From assembly GCA_041984885.1 (NCBI GenBank), contig JBHIXH010000006.1, positions 4,968 through 68,967 of the forward strand: 64,000 nt of DNA. The letters are read 5' to 3'. Origin of the DNA: Gammaproteobacteria bacterium (GTDB lineage: Bacteria > Pseudomonadota > Gammaproteobacteria > Eutrophobiales > Eutrophobiaceae). The notes beneath the pieces were generated by a model. That model saw only the letters and a list, made by a program, of their open reading frames with translations. It was not told the origin of the DNA and did not search any database. Each line of letters starts with the position of its first letter. Positions within the stretch are counted from its first letter, which is position 1. The position numbers and the translations under genes are program-made. Below, one piece after another: positions 63,953 through 64,000 of this stretch.

Positions 63953-64000
63953 CGTTCGAGTCAGGATTAATCTGTTAATTATTACTGTTATGTTATAACA

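Overview
This 64-kb window comes from a gammaproteobacterial chromosome of roughly 50% GC. Several features point to a marine or halotolerant lifestyle, possibly a sulfur- or nitrogen-oxidiser, but that is inference only: de novo glycine-betaine synthesis, a cytochrome P460 next to an NsrR regulator, a rhodanese and a TusA-like protein, and a tungstate transporter.

The left two thirds are conserved core synteny:
- argS (partial), a periplasmic rhodanese, priA and mrcA, divergent from pilMNOPQ.
- aroK and aroB (aroB carries an apparent -1 frameshift in a T-run), then a dgt-like HD hydrolase, an AAA+SPOR protein, and gltB and gltD.
- An AT-rich M48/PDZ lipoprotein, a cytochrome b561 plus YceI pair, a PAO/KshA-type Rieske oxygenase, hemE and a DUF368 protein.
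- A Na+/H+ antiporter (NhaP-type) fused to a cyclic-nucleotide-binding domain.
- The lnt-corC-ybeY-ybeZ-miaB operon.
- A tungstate uptake module (ModE-like regulator with a periplasmic-binding-protein-like domain, an OprO/P-type porin, tupABC, an HD protein) and mscS.

The right third looks accessory:
- A HAD-like protein with an unknown C-terminal half, and a tautomerase.
- A glycine methylation pathway to betaine (a glycine/sarcosine and a sarcosine/dimethylglycine methyltransferase) with a BCCT transporter, downstream of a 620-bp non-coding leader.
- A short protein resembling an SOS response-associated peptidase (SRAP, YedK/HMCES family), placed directly in front of umuDC.
- An SGNH hydrolase.
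- A cytochrome P460 divergent from nsrR, with a perfect 23-bp NsrR-type palindrome between them.
- An AT-rich island remnant (a receiver plus two PAS domains, and a Sel1-repeat protein). It is bounded by tRNA-Met and an interrupted 42-nt copy of the tRNA 3' end, and no integrase is present.
- crp divergent from an OsmC-family gene, a receiver-LuxR regulator with a small co-transcribed protein, a TusA-like gene, and a TonB-dependent receptor.

I found no CRISPR array, rRNA gene, transposase or integrase. The many short ORFs antisense to the large genes are treated as spurious.
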